DNA of 64,000 nt from Fidelibacterota bacterium (GTDB taxonomy: Bacteria > Fidelibacterota > UBA8477 > JABMPR01). The DNA lies in assembly GCA_016784545.1 (NCBI GenBank), contig JADHUM010000006.1, positions 2,142-66,141 on the forward strand, written 5' to 3'. The translations under genes and the position numbers were made by a program. Numbering within the stretch: the first letter of the stretch is position 1; each line of letters begins with the position of its first letter. Positions 16,943-27,300 of this stretch are shown here, one piece after another. Under the pieces are notes generated by a model. The model saw nothing but the letters and a program-made list of their open reading frames with translations. It was not told the DNA's origin and ran no database searches.

Positions 16943-19074
16943 TGGGGTGAATCCTTTTTATCATCAGACAATAATACACGAATGTCCACAGCCCGGGCGC
17001 CTGAACCTTGTTCATAGACGACCATGGGATTGATTTCAATATCAGTAATCCTGGGTACCTTGCTGATGAGGCTGGCAACCTTTTCCAGGGCTGTAATAAT
17101 ACTTTCAATATCTTTGCGAGCTTCACCCCTTACTCCCAAGAGGAGTGGATATGAGCGAATCTCTTTAATCATTGATCTAATTTCCCTGTTCGAAAGTGGA
17201 ACGGCTCTGAAAGCGACATCTTTCATCACCTCAACATATATCCCACCCAAACCAAACATGAGCGTGGTTCCAAAATTAGCATCCCTGCGAGCGCCAAGAA
17301 TAACTTCTGTACCCGCAGTGAGTTGTTCAACAACTTCAATACCATCAATAATGGCATCGGGCACGTTGGCCTTACAGGTGTGAATAATGGTCTGATATCC
17401 ATCGATGACTTCTTCCGGATTATCCAGATCGAGAAGCACACCTCCAGCATCGCTTTTATGGAGGATGTTTCTGGATACCACTTTCATAACAACTGGATAT
17501 CCGATTTCATCAGCAAGCTTGACAGCGGCTTGAACAGATTGGACGACACCACCACGAGGACCGGGGAGTTGAGCAGCATTTAATAAGCCTTGCCCTTCTT
17601 CTGCCAGGAGGAATGATCTTCCATCTGCCAGGGCACCATCTATGAGTGTATTGATGGCCTCTACGTCTATCTCAGCTGTAACCGGTTCTTCTGCTTCCAT
17701 GGACTGAACTTTCCGTATGGACTGAATGGCGCCCATACAGGACACACCATCATAGACATCACGATAAACAGGAACGTTGTTTTTGTGTAAGGCAGTAATA
17801 GCAATTTCTGTGAGCTCACCACCAAAAACGGAGAAGGTGATAGGTTTGCCCTTGGCTTGATACTGCTCATACATTTCATCAATCATCTCAGTCAATTCCT
17901 GAGAATTCATCATGGCTGTTTCGCAATAGAGTGCCATGACGCAGTGAATGGAATCGTCAACCAGAGCCTCTTGGAGTGCTTTCACATAATCAGCTTTGGA
18001 TGCTTCTCCAGTGATATCCACTGGATTTTTTGTTGACCCAAAACCGTGGGCTACACTTTCGAAGGTTTCCTTCAACTTATCCTGATCATCATAGAGCTTG
18101 ATATCATACTTTTCACAGGCATCAGTGGCCATAACACCCACGCCGCCACCATTGGTAATGATGATGCCATTGGGACCCAGGGGTACTGCTGAATGTGAAA
18201 GAAATTTACTCCATTCAAGTGCCTCCTGGATACTCTCGGCTCGAAGAACACCGCACTGACGCATAATCGCATCAAAAACCTTATCTGAGCCAGCCAGTGA
18301 ACCGGTATGACTGGCAGCTGCAACGGCACCTCGCTTGGAGCGACCTGATTTGATCACAATAACGGGCTTCATCTTGGTTGCGCGTTTTAATATCTCAACC
18401 AGACGCTCACCCTCCTGTATACCTTCGATATACATCAGGATGATTTTGGTCTCTTTCTGAGTGATGAGATACTCAAGCAGGTCTGCTTCATTGATATCGG
18501 TTTTATTCCCCACCGAAATAATCGATGATAAACCAATATTCTGGACGGCTGTTTTGCCGATCATGGCAATCCCCAGGGCACCACTCTGGGTGATAATGGC
18601 CACATTTCCCTCGCGAATATCTCGGGGACCAAAAGTAGCATTCAGGGCCACCTTTGAAGAATAATGCCCAAAGATATTGGGACCCAATATCCGCATATTA
18701 TGGGCTCGTGCATACTCCACCACACGCTGCTCTTCCTCAAGATTCCCAATTTCTGAAAATCCAGAAGAGATGATTGCCAGCATTTTTACATGCTTCCTGG
18801 CACAACTCACCACGGCGTCGTAGACAAAGCGTGCTGGAATAGCGATAACCGCCACATCAACATCACCTTCAACCTCTTCAATACTCTTGAGAATATCATA
18901 TCCCAGAGCGTGCCCGCCCTTTGGATTTACAGGATATATATCTCCCTTGTAACCAACGTAAAGCATATTCTCCAGAATTTTGTAGCCGATTTTGCCCGGT
19001 TCCTGGCTGACACCAATCACCGCTACGGATTCTGGTTCGAACAAATATTTTATATCAGGTTTTCCCACTGTCAC
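16939..19074 (-). CDS. ADP-forming acetate/acyl-CoA ligase, fused alpha-beta (ACD family)
   Basis: FEPESVAVIG, YPVNP, RILGPN, ISVGNK, catalytic ASHTGSLAG, ITNGGGVG, NPVDITG; C-terminal ATP-grasp (YPVVMKV, HKSDAGGV, FGLGGIYVE, IEINP). Confidence 0.93.
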   Translation of the reverse strand: MTVGKPDIKYLFEPESVAVIGVSQEPGKIGYKILENMLYVGYKGDIYPVNPKGGHALGYDILKSIEEVEGDVDVAVIAIPARFVYDAVVSCARKHVKMLAIISSGFSEIGNLEEEQRVVEYARAHNMRILGPNIFGHYSSKVALNATFGPRDIREGNVAIITQSGALGIAMIGKTAVQNIGLSSIISVGNKTDINEADLLEYLITQKETKIILMYIEGIQEGERLVEILKRATKMKPVIVIKSGRSKRGAVAAASHTGSLAGSDKVFDAIMRQCGVLRAESIQEALEWSKFLSHSAVPLGPNGIIITNGGGVGVMATDACEKYDIKLYDDQDKLKETFESVAHGFGSTKNPVDITGEASKADYVKALQEALVDDSIHCVMALYCETAMMNSQELTEMIDEMYEQYQAKGKPITFSVFGGELTEIAITALHKNNVPVYRDVYDGVSCMGAIQSIRKVQSMEAEEPVTAEIDVEAINTLIDGALADGRSFLLAEEGQGLLNAAQLPGPRGGVVQSVQAAVKLADEIGYPVVMKVVSRNILHKSDAGGVLLDLDNPEEVIDGYQTIIHTCKANVPDAIIDGIEVVEQLTAGTEVILGARRDANFGTTLMFGLGGIYVEVMKDVAFRAVPLSNREIRSMIKEIRSYPLLLGVRGEARKDIESIITALEKVASLISKVPRITDIEINPMVVYEQGSGARAVDIRVLLSDDKKDSPQ

Positions 19075-20975
19075 TTACTCTCCAGGAATGTCATTTTCAT
19101 TTCATACATTCCATCTGAAATATGTTTTTGCACGTCAAAGCCCATGCTTTCAAACAAGCCCATCATTCGCGCGTTACTAATTATTACGTCTGCTGTAAAT
19201 CCAAGTAAACCTTGTTTCTTGGCTAACAGAGTCAGGTATTTCAACAACTCCTTGCCAATCCCCAACTCCTGATGATCATCTCTGATCACAAAAGCAACAT
19301 CAGCAGTGTGAGTTGAGCCAACGATGGCATATTGTCCCAGACCAACCAATTGCTCCACACCATCTTTTTGAGTAAAAGTCAGGAGGATGATCTCACTGGT
19401 ATAGTCTATCACCACGAAATCCTGCAATCTCTCATGGGGCATATCTTTTCGTTCAGAAATAAATCTTCGTTGCAGGCTGGCATCTGAAAGCGAGTAGAAA
19501 AATTCTTTCAAAAGAGGTTCATCGCTGATTTTAACAGGACGAATAAAAACCTCTAATCCACTTGAAGTGGTTCTGTAAGTTTCAACTTTTTCAGGATATT
19601 CCCCTGCTTTACCAGCAATAAAAGCCTGATCCTGATAAATCAGATTCCGTTTCTTGGCCTTACGAATCAACTCTGCCCTGAACTTTGGATGGGCAATGGA
19701 AATCAATTCCATGGCGCGTTCTCGAATATTTTTCCCATGCAGATATGCTATGCCATATTCAGTGACCACATAGTGAACATCACCCCGATTGAGGGTTACC
19801 CCTGCTCCCGCCTTGAGAAATGGAGCAATACGAGATACCTCTCCATGATCTGCAGTAGAGGGTATGGTGAGAATGGTTTTTCCTTTTTTGGCTAGTATTG
19901 CCCCTCGCATAAAATCCGCCTGACCACCAATGCCACTATAAAACACTTTTCCCAACGACTCTGCTGTTGCCTGACCAGTGAGATCAATTTCCAGGGCAGA
20001 GTTTATGGCAGTCATGTTTTCATGCTGAGCAATCACCCTGGGATCATTGGTATAATCAACTGTTTTAAACTCAATAAAGGGATTGTCATGGAGATACTCA
20101 TAAGTTTCGGCTGACCCCATGCTAAAGGTGGCGATGGTTTTACCCCGGTTAATAGTCTTTTGGGAGTTATCAATCACCCCTGACTTCATCAATTTAACCA
20201 GTCCATCCCCCAGGAGCTCCGTATGCACACCTAAGTGTTTTTTCTCACCAAGATTTGCCAGAATAGCATTGGGCAGAGACCCATAGCCAACTTGAATAGT
20301 ATTACCATCTTCTATTAAAGTTGCGACGTATTTTCCAATTTTGTCTGCCACCTCGTCATCAAGCTCATCTTCATATTCCAGCAGGGGTTCTTCATGGTAA
20401 ACAACATAATCAACATCTGATATGTGAATAAATCCATCACCATGAACCCGAGGCATTCTGGGATTTACTTGAACGATAATGGTCTGAGCCTTCTCCGTAG
20501 CAGCTTTGACGATATCTACACTGATCCCCAGACTCATGTATCCATGGGGGTCTGGACATGAGGTTTGAATAAGAGCCACATCTACTGGGACATGTCCTCT
20601 CTGGAAAAGTTTGGGAATCTCTGAGAGAAATATGGGTGTGTAATCGGCCAGCCCGCTATTCACAGCGGCTCTGGTGCTACTACCGATGAAGAAAGAGTTG
20701 TGCCTGAAATTGTGTTTGTATTTCTCCTGGGTGTAAGGCGCTAACCCCAGAGACCAGACCTGGACAACCTCAGCATCAAAAACTGCTTTGGGTTCACTTT
20801 CAATATATTCAACCAGAGATCTGATAAGATATTGGGGTTCAGCACAGGCAGTATGGACAAATATTCTGTCACCCCTGTGAATGGCCTTAAGCGCTCGATT
20901 TATGGAAACAAATTTATCAGCATATTGCTCCTTCAGGACCTCAAGAGCCTTTTTACTATTTACTTCATTTGCCAT
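19071..20975 (-). CDS. Acetyl-CoA hydrolase/CoA-transferase fused to a C-terminal GNAT acetyltransferase
   Basis: DYTPIFLSEIP, DPHGYMSLG, catalytic GVHTE, SGIGGQADF, HYVVTEYGIAYL; GNAT IRPVKISDEPLL...DDHQELGIGKELL. Confidence 0.92.
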   Translation of the reverse strand: MANEVNSKKALEVLKEQYADKFVSINRALKAIHRGDRIFVHTACAEPQYLIRSLVEYIESEPKAVFDAEVVQVWSLGLAPYTQEKYKHNFRHNSFFIGSSTRAAVNSGLADYTPIFLSEIPKLFQRGHVPVDVALIQTSCPDPHGYMSLGISVDIVKAATEKAQTIIVQVNPRMPRVHGDGFIHISDVDYVVYHEEPLLEYEDELDDEVADKIGKYVATLIEDGNTIQVGYGSLPNAILANLGEKKHLGVHTELLGDGLVKLMKSGVIDNSQKTINRGKTIATFSMGSAETYEYLHDNPFIEFKTVDYTNDPRVIAQHENMTAINSALEIDLTGQATAESLGKVFYSGIGGQADFMRGAILAKKGKTILTIPSTADHGEVSRIAPFLKAGAGVTLNRGDVHYVVTEYGIAYLHGKNIRERAMELISIAHPKFRAELIRKAKKRNLIYQDQAFIAGKAGEYPEKVETYRTTSSGLEVFIRPVKISDEPLLKEFFYSLSDASLQRRFISERKDMPHERLQDFVVIDYTSEIILLTFTQKDGVEQLVGLGQYAIVGSTHTADVAFVIRDDHQELGIGKELLKYLTLLAKKQGLLGFTADVIISNARMMGLFESMGFDVQKHISDGMYEMKMTFLESK

Positions 20976-21121
20976 TTATCAAGCTCACTTTCTTACGTTC
21001 ATTCTCCAATGAAGAGAAGTGCAAATAAAGTGCCTTGCTGTTCGAATAGCAAAAGATTATTCAGTTAAATGCTGGATTTAAAAAAATATTTTTTTTGAAG
21101 GGTAATTTTAGAAGGTGTATT

Positions 21122-22072
21122 TCAATTTTTTCGGTAATAATCGTCTATTTTCTCAAAAATATCCGGAATTGACTTCTCGCAGCACTTATAGCCCTCATTG
21201 ATGGCTCGTTCGGCATGGTCAAAGTCAAAAAAATGCATATCGCCCAATCGTGGAGCCAATAGGATATCTGGTTTATGGGTCTGAAGATTCATGGCTTCAA
21301 TTTTCTTTTGCATGATATTTAAGGATGATCCAAGCACTTCAAAAATGTGAGGTGAGGGTGCTTCCCTGGTAAACCACTGATCAATTTTTGAGCCTAAGGA
21401 TTTGCCCGTTGATCCAAATTTGTCCGTCCAGGACTTGATAACCTCTAACCTCTTTTTCTCCATCTCTGCTGCGTTTTTGACCCAGTCTGCATCCTGGGGA
21501 AGATGCTTTCTGTTGGCCGTCCGTTCAGAATTTATATCTACAGCAATCACGATATCAGCACCGGCATCCCTGCAAACATCAATCGGCAGAGGGTTAACAA
21601 CGCCTCCATCAACCAGCCATTCATTATTAATTAATTTTGGAGTCAGTAAGCCTGGTACTGCCATGCTGGCCCGAAGTGCTTGATTGATACTCCCTTTGGA
21701 GAGGGTGACTTGTTTCCCGGTGAACATATTTGTGGCAACCATGATCAGGGGAATCTTCAAGTCTTCAAATTTATCAATTTTGGTAAAAAGTTCGATGAGT
21801 TTAGCCACTTTATGACCTTCAATAAAACCTGACCGAGGAAAAGCCAGATCGAGGTAGGACAGAACCGCTTTCCAATCCATATCCAGGGCAAACTTTTTGA
21901 CCTGATCCAAACCTCCACCAGCATAGGCAGCCCCAATAAAAGAACCTGCACTGGCTCCAGTAATGACACCCACCTGCACACCGTGTTTTTCCAGAGCTTC
22001 AATAACACCGATATGTGCCCAGCCCCTGGAGGCGCCGCTCCCAAGAACGAGGCCTATTTTTGGTGCTTTCAC
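21122..22072 (-). CDS. Patatin-like phospholipase (RssA type)
   Basis: GSGASRGWAHIGV, nucleophile motif GASAG, ASMAVPG, LVDGG. Confidence 0.92.
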   Translation of the reverse strand: MKAPKIGLVLGSGASRGWAHIGVIEALEKHGVQVGVITGASAGSFIGAAYAGGGLDQVKKFALDMDWKAVLSYLDLAFPRSGFIEGHKVAKLIELFTKIDKFEDLKIPLIMVATNMFTGKQVTLSKGSINQALRASMAVPGLLTPKLINNEWLVDGGVVNPLPIDVCRDAGADIVIAVDINSERTANRKHLPQDADWVKNAAEMEKKRLEVIKSWTDKFGSTGKSLGSKIDQWFTREAPSPHIFEVLGSSLNIMQKKIEAMNLQTHKPDILLAPRLGDMHFFDFDHAERAINEGYKCCEKSIPDIFEKIDDYYRKN

Positions 22073-23346
22073 TATTGAGCGGACCTGTTTTGAGTTTCTA
22101 TTCTGATCTGATCAAGTGCGCTGGCTCTTACCCGGACTTCTACAAGGATATAATCCTCCTCATATTCAATGTTGAGGACCTCTGCTGTTCGATGTAGAGA
22201 AGCCAGGAATTTTTGCTGTGAATGATCTAATTTCAGAGTCTCTATCACATAGCCACTTTGCCTGATTTCAATAATTTTCTCTTCGAGCTGCTTAATATTG
22301 ACCTGTCGCAGGGCCGAAACTGGAACCGCATCGCTGTGCTCCTTAAGCGCGCCTGAAAGGGTCTCCTGAGCTGTGATGAGATCGATCTTATTAAAGACCG
22401 TCAAGGTCTGACTCTCTGACACACCCAAGTCCATCAATACTTCGTTAACTGTGCGCAAATGCTTCTCATACTGGGTATCACTGAGATCAATAACAATCAG
22501 TATCAAATCCGCCAGGCGGACCTCTTGCAGGGTACTTTTAAATGAGGCTACTAGATGATGGGGTAGCTTATGTATAAATCCCACGGTATCACTTAACAGA
22601 ATTTCATTGTCAAGGATGGTGATTTTCCGTACCGTTGTGTCCAGGGTGGCAAATAATTTGTCTTCGACCAGGACTCCTGCATCTGAAAAAAGATTCATCA
22701 ATGAAGATTTTCCAGCATTGGTATATCCGACGAGGGCAACTTTAAACATATCTTCGCGTTGCTTGCGTCGGGTGTCTCGCTGGGTTTCAATTTTCTTCAA
22801 ATCCTTCTTGAGCATGGAGATGCGATTCCGAACAAGACGGCGATCTATTTCAATCTGTGTCTCTCCCATACCGCCACGAGTTGAAGTAGCCCCACGTTGC
22901 CTTTCCAGGTGAGTCCAGGCCCTTGTAAGCCTGGGCAACAAATATTGAAGTTGGGCCAATTCAACCTGGGTTTTTGATTCCTTGCTGCTGGCGTGGTGAA
23001 CAAATATGTCAAGAATCAAAGCACTTCGGTCTATGACACGGGCTTTGTCAAACAGCTTTTGCAAATTTTTCGTTTGGGCGGGAGAGAGTTCATCGTCAAA
23101 AATGATCAAATCAACTTTGAGCATCTCCACCTTGGCGACAATTTCTTCTACCTTGCCCTTCCCAACATATAGCGCTGCATGAACCTGATTGCGTTTTTGA
23201 ATGATCTCGCCACTCACGATGGCTCCAGCAGTCTTTGCCAAAAGTCCCAACTCAGCCAGATTTTCTTCAACATCAGAGACTGATTGCTGACCGTGAACAA
23301 CTCCTACAAGCAGAGCTTTTTCTTTTTCTATAGTGGTTTCAAACAT
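22072..23346 (-). CDS. hflX: GTPase HflX
   Basis: DDELSPAQ, QVELAQLQYLLPRL, GETQIEIDRR, GYTNAGKS, LFATLD, DTVGF. Confidence 0.97.
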   Translation of the reverse strand: MFETTIEKEKALLVGVVHGQQSVSDVEENLAELGLLAKTAGAIVSGEIIQKRNQVHAALYVGKGKVEEIVAKVEMLKVDLIIFDDELSPAQTKNLQKLFDKARVIDRSALILDIFVHHASSKESKTQVELAQLQYLLPRLTRAWTHLERQRGATSTRGGMGETQIEIDRRLVRNRISMLKKDLKKIETQRDTRRKQREDMFKVALVGYTNAGKSSLMNLFSDAGVLVEDKLFATLDTTVRKITILDNEILLSDTVGFIHKLPHHLVASFKSTLQEVRLADLILIVIDLSDTQYEKHLRTVNEVLMDLGVSESQTLTVFNKIDLITAQETLSGALKEHSDAVPVSALRQVNIKQLEEKIIEIRQSGYVIETLKLDHSQQKFLASLHRTAEVLNIEYEEDYILVEVRVRASALDQIRIETQNRSAQ

Positions 23347-25294
23347 TTTGCCGCCAATTCGCTTTAATTCTAGATAGATAGGTTTCTGCCAGCCATAGTA
23401 GGAATGTCAGTAAAAAAAGGAATGGCCACAGAGCCAGGTTAGACCCTTGATCCAATATCTCCTCAGTTACCTCTGGAGCAACAGAACTTACGAATATATC
23501 CGTATCCCCAAATGTATAAACAGGTCCATGTGCCTGGGCTTCATGGCTTGAGATGTTCACTGCTCTGGGCTGCAATACCTGCCTCCCCCGTGTCAGCTTG
23601 TAGATACCTGGTATATTCGTGTTGGGGTAGTGAAGCACATAATTCACATCAGGTGACAGATAATCCGTGGTGCCATCAGGACGCTGAACACTGAAAGGAC
23701 TGTTGTCATTAGCCTGTGACGTGGGGAAAAATTTCAAGGTGTCACCGATGATAGCGTTGTATAGTTCAGTTTGAGTTTTGATAGCTTGAGATTGGGCTAA
23801 CTGGGTAATAAGCGTGGGGAACATACCTAGAACCGGTAGATTATTGGCACTCAACCCAAAGTCTGTGTTGAACCACACGATTCTTCCTTCTTTCAGCATC
23901 CTGGATCCCATGAAGGGTTGATCGTCCAGATAACGAACCCACGTTTCTCCCAATTCATCGCCATCCGTTTTATAGCGTTTGAAGACCTTGAGCCTATCCT
24001 GCTTAATAATCTCACGCAGTGGAGATGTGTTAAAAAGTTTTGTTGCAGAGCCCGTGAGGAAAAGTCCCAGAGGATATGGATTGGTTTCCTCAATCAGCTG
24101 AGACTTGAAGCCCAGCAATTCGGTCATCGCTTTGCCACCATCTCCAAACAGAACAAGTTGCCCACCACCACTCACGAAAGTTTCCAGGCGATCCCAATTA
24201 TACTGGACCAGCAATTTGGGATCAGCCACAATGACAGTGCCACCTCTACTGAGGTCCACATTGTCAATTTCGGCATAGTCCAAAACGCGTACATCCAGGT
24301 TTAATTCTTGATCCTCAACCGATGATTTAATAATCGTCCAAAAATCTGGAATTTGTTTTGAGCGCAGTATTTGCACCGGGATAGTACCTTCAGCAGGTAG
24401 GATGAAGTGTCTCTCGTTGTTATAACTTGATTCATCGGTTGTCAGGATCAAACGGCCACTCTGATAACCACCCTCTTCAACCTGGGCTGTCATGAGGGTT
24501 GCATTTTTGCCGCCTTCAACCACAAGCTGATTCTGTCTCTTCTCATTAATCAAAAGTTCCAGACTAAGCGCCTCCTGAAATTCGGGTGAACGCTCAAGAT
24601 CGATGGTAATTTCATATGTATCACCAAGACGCACTCCCTGTCCAGGAAGTTGAATATTGCTGATGGCAGCGTCATTAACCACAGGGGTTAGCAATAAATA
24701 TTTACTCCACCCATCCAGGGCTTCCATTCCGAGGCGCGCATCCTGACCATCACCCAACCAAAGGATAGATTTTCGTTCATACTGCTCCAAATCGATTTGC
24801 TCAGAAAACGCCTCTATGAAGTCGCCATCATAAATGTCTGAAAACTTCGCTGTAATCTCATCCATTTTTTCATGGAGTACGAGATCATTCAAGCCGCAGT
24901 ACACTACCTTAAACCCCTTCGCTTTCAACTCATCACTAAATCCTTGCAGCATGGTTCTATCATACCTCTCAAAATTGGATTGATTTGAAGCTGAATTATC
25001 GAAAGCAACAACAAGCAGATCAATACTACCTGAGTTCAATCTAAACCCATCAGTTCGATCAAGACCAGGCCTGGCAAAGGCGAGTATAAGCAGCAGGATC
25101 ATCAGCGTTCGAATGATGAGTAGAATGAGTTGCTTCACATTGAATTTTCGGAGTGCATCCTGTTCCAATAGCTTTAAAAATTTCAGAGATGGAAAATCAA
25201 TGAGCTTGCTTTTCCGTTTGGCGAGAAGGTGAATGATGATGGGAACTGAAATGAGTGGCAGAAACCAGAGAAAGATAGGATTTAAAAATGTCAT
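23339..25294 (-). CDS. BatA-domain membrane protein with a degenerate vWA region
   Basis: MTFLNP..FLWFL..VPIIIHLL..FPSLKFL..LILAFARP; MIDAS-like DNSAS; C-terminal TM ending in ETYLS. Confidence 0.82.
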   Translation of the reverse strand: MTFLNPIFLWFLPLISVPIIIHLLAKRKSKLIDFPSLKFLKLLEQDALRKFNVKQLILLIIRTLMILLLILAFARPGLDRTDGFRLNSGSIDLLVVAFDNSASNQSNFERYDRTMLQGFSDELKAKGFKVVYCGLNDLVLHEKMDEITAKFSDIYDGDFIEAFSEQIDLEQYERKSILWLGDGQDARLGMEALDGWSKYLLLTPVVNDAAISNIQLPGQGVRLGDTYEITIDLERSPEFQEALSLELLINEKRQNQLVVEGGKNATLMTAQVEEGGYQSGRLILTTDESSYNNERHFILPAEGTIPVQILRSKQIPDFWTIIKSSVEDQELNLDVRVLDYAEIDNVDLSRGGTVIVADPKLLVQYNWDRLETFVSGGGQLVLFGDGGKAMTELLGFKSQLIEETNPYPLGLFLTGSATKLFNTSPLREIIKQDRLKVFKRYKTDGDELGETWVRYLDDQPFMGSRMLKEGRIVWFNTDFGLSANNLPVLGMFPTLITQLAQSQAIKTQTELYNAIIGDTLKFFPTSQANDNSPFSVQRPDGTTDYLSPDVNYVLHYPNTNIPGIYKLTRGRQVLQPRAVNISSHEAQAHGPVYTFGDTDIFVSSVAPEVTEEILDQGSNLALWPFLFLLTFLLWLAETYLSRIKANWRQNV

Positions 25295-25313
25295 TTTGGG
25301 ATTCCGAACCGAA

Positions 25314-25901
25314 CTATAACAAACTTGCGAAACTTAATAAAGTACCTGACAAAATGGGTATGAGGAAATTATCGTCCAGATGCATGGGGTAGGCTTCAGC
25401 AAGCGTAACAATTCCTGCAATGAGAATATTAATGATAATAGCCTCAGGATAAAATAGTATGAGTATAGTGGTTGTACTGACAAAAAACGCAGTACTTCCC
25501 TCAACCGATTTTTTCAAGAATTTATGCTTTCCAAATGGTATTCCTACCAGAGCTGCCAGGGTATCAGATATGGATAGGATTAAAAGCGCAGGAACAGCTA
25601 TTTCTTTTGGGAATAGAAAGATAGCGACAACCGAACCTGTAAAGACATAGGTTGCTCCTGTTAAATTTTTCTGTTCATGCTGTCTCAGTGCAGATCCAAA
25701 TATATGCATGAACACTTTTCCGATCTCTGCTGATTTTAATCGTAAAAAATCAACCGTAAGAAAACCCAGGGAAAGAATTATGACTATCTGGAGTGTGAGA
25801 TGTCTGCCCCCCAGAAACCAATAGGATAATGGGATAATGCTACTGCTTAAATGAATAGCCTTGCGGATGAGTTCATGACTTTGAAGCTTGGATAAACTCA
25901 T
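25314..25901 (-). CDS. Diacylglycerol/polyprenol (phytol/dolichol) kinase family membrane protein
   Basis: ELIRKAIH, SISDTLAALVG..FG, KKSVEGS, LDDNFLIP. Confidence 0.85.
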   Translation of the reverse strand: MSLSKLQSHELIRKAIHLSSSIIPLSYWFLGGRHLTLQIVIILSLGFLTVDFLRLKSAEIGKVFMHIFGSALRQHEQKNLTGATYVFTGSVVAIFLFPKEIAVPALLILSISDTLAALVGIPFGKHKFLKKSVEGSTAFFVSTTTILILFYPEAIIINILIAGIVTLAEAYPMHLDDNFLIPILSGTLLSFASLL

Positions 25902-26572
25902 TTACTGGCAGTGGCTAAGCTTTGAAGCAAATTAAAATTTTCCCCTGGAGTGGCATGCTTATTAAAAACGGCTGAACCGGCTACAAAACGGTGTATTCCC
26001 TTATCCAATACTGAACCGATAGTGGTTTTGTTGATGCCTCCATCAATTTCAACCAAAACTCCATGGTCCTCAAGGGCCTGGCGCAATCCAGGGAGATCAT
26101 TAAGAACTTCTGGCATAAATGACTGACCACCAAAACCAGGCACTACTGACATAATGAGTAATTGATCCATGATACCCAAATAGGGTTCTACCAGGGATAA
26201 CTTTTCATCAGGATTAACAACGAGACCTGCTTTTGCCCCCAGCGACCGTATGTTTTTCAAGGTGTCTTCAACAGAGTTACAGGTTGATGGATGTACCAGG
26301 ACAATATCAGCACCGGCTTCAATAAAATTCTCAATGTAAAGGTCAGGCTCTGAAATCATAAGATGGGCTTCCAGAATCATGTCTGTCATTTTGCGGATGG
26401 CCTTGACCACAATAGGTCCAAAGGTCAAATTGGGAACATAGTGACCATCCATGACATCCAGATGCAATACTTCCCCACCACTAGCTGCAACAGAATTTAT
26501 TTGCTCCCCCAGTCTTGAAAAATCGGCTGAAAGAACAGAGGGTGAAATTTGAGCTCGCATATTGATTGCCAC
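25898..26572 (-). CDS. rpe: Ribulose-phosphate 3-epimerase
   Basis: ISPSVLSADF, HLDVMDGHYVPNLTFG, EAHLM, IMSVVPGFGGQ, IDGGI, VAGSAVF. Confidence 0.97.
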   Translation of the reverse strand: MAINMRAQISPSVLSADFSRLGEQINSVAASGGEVLHLDVMDGHYVPNLTFGPIVVKAIRKMTDMILEAHLMISEPDLYIENFIEAGADIVLVHPSTCNSVEDTLKNIRSLGAKAGLVVNPDEKLSLVEPYLGIMDQLLIMSVVPGFGGQSFMPEVLNDLPGLRQALEDHGVLVEIDGGINKTTIGSVLDKGIHRFVAGSAVFNKHATPGENFNLLQSLATASK

Positions 26573-27300
26573 TAGAAGCCGTCCGTAATCATAAGGTCTA
26601 CTGAAATAACTCTTTCTCGGGGAAATTCTCTTCCGGCAACTACTGATTGTGAGACAACTGTATTGGGCAGTAATTCTGAATCTTCAGTAGTTTGAACATT
26701 TCCCACTGTAAATCCTTCAGATTCCAGGATTCGTCTGGCTTCGTCCAGCCCTTTGTTGCGTAAATCAGGCATTGTTTTCTTTAGATTTCTTTTCCCTAGA
26801 CTTACTGTGATTACGATAGAATCACCAGGAGCTACAGGCATGCCAGCCAGCACGGATTGCTTCATCACAACAGTCCGTTCGTATAGATCTGAAGAATCTC
26901 TCCTGGTTTCAACCAGAACCAAACCCAGGCGATCAATTGCAATTGTAGCCTGTCTTTCTGTAAAAGCGATAAGGTCGAGCATCTCAAGTTTTGCTGGTGG
27001 CAGGTTGATCGTGAGTTGAATTTTTCGGTTTTCCTTCACCATTTGACCGGCTTCAGGATACTGGTCCATAATAAATCTGCTGGGAATATCTCTTCTGAAA
27101 ATGGTATCCTTAATGGTCCATTCCAGTGTCCGTTCTTTGAGTATTTTGGTGGCCTGATCCAGATCAGTATGAGTTAGACTGGGGACCCGAATCTCATTAT
27201 TCCAGTTCACATACAGGGGTAGAATGACATTATTGAAGGCCAGTGCAGCCACAATACCGATACCCATAAAAATGAAAAAATAGTCTCTAATAAATTTCAT
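26572..27300 (-). CDS. Membrane-anchored protein with about three PASTA repeats and no kinase domain
   Basis: N-terminal TM, then VPSL, QYPEAG, MLDL, MPDLRNK..EARRILESEGF, VVSQSV. Confidence 0.85.
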   Translation of the reverse strand: MKFIRDYFFIFMGIGIVAALAFNNVILPLYVNWNNEIRVPSLTHTDLDQATKILKERTLEWTIKDTIFRRDIPSRFIMDQYPEAGQMVKENRKIQLTINLPPAKLEMLDLIAFTERQATIAIDRLGLVLVETRRDSSDLYERTVVMKQSVLAGMPVAPGDSIVITVSLGKRNLKKTMPDLRNKGLDEARRILESEGFTVGNVQTTEDSELLPNTVVSQSVVAGREFPRERVISVDLMITDGF

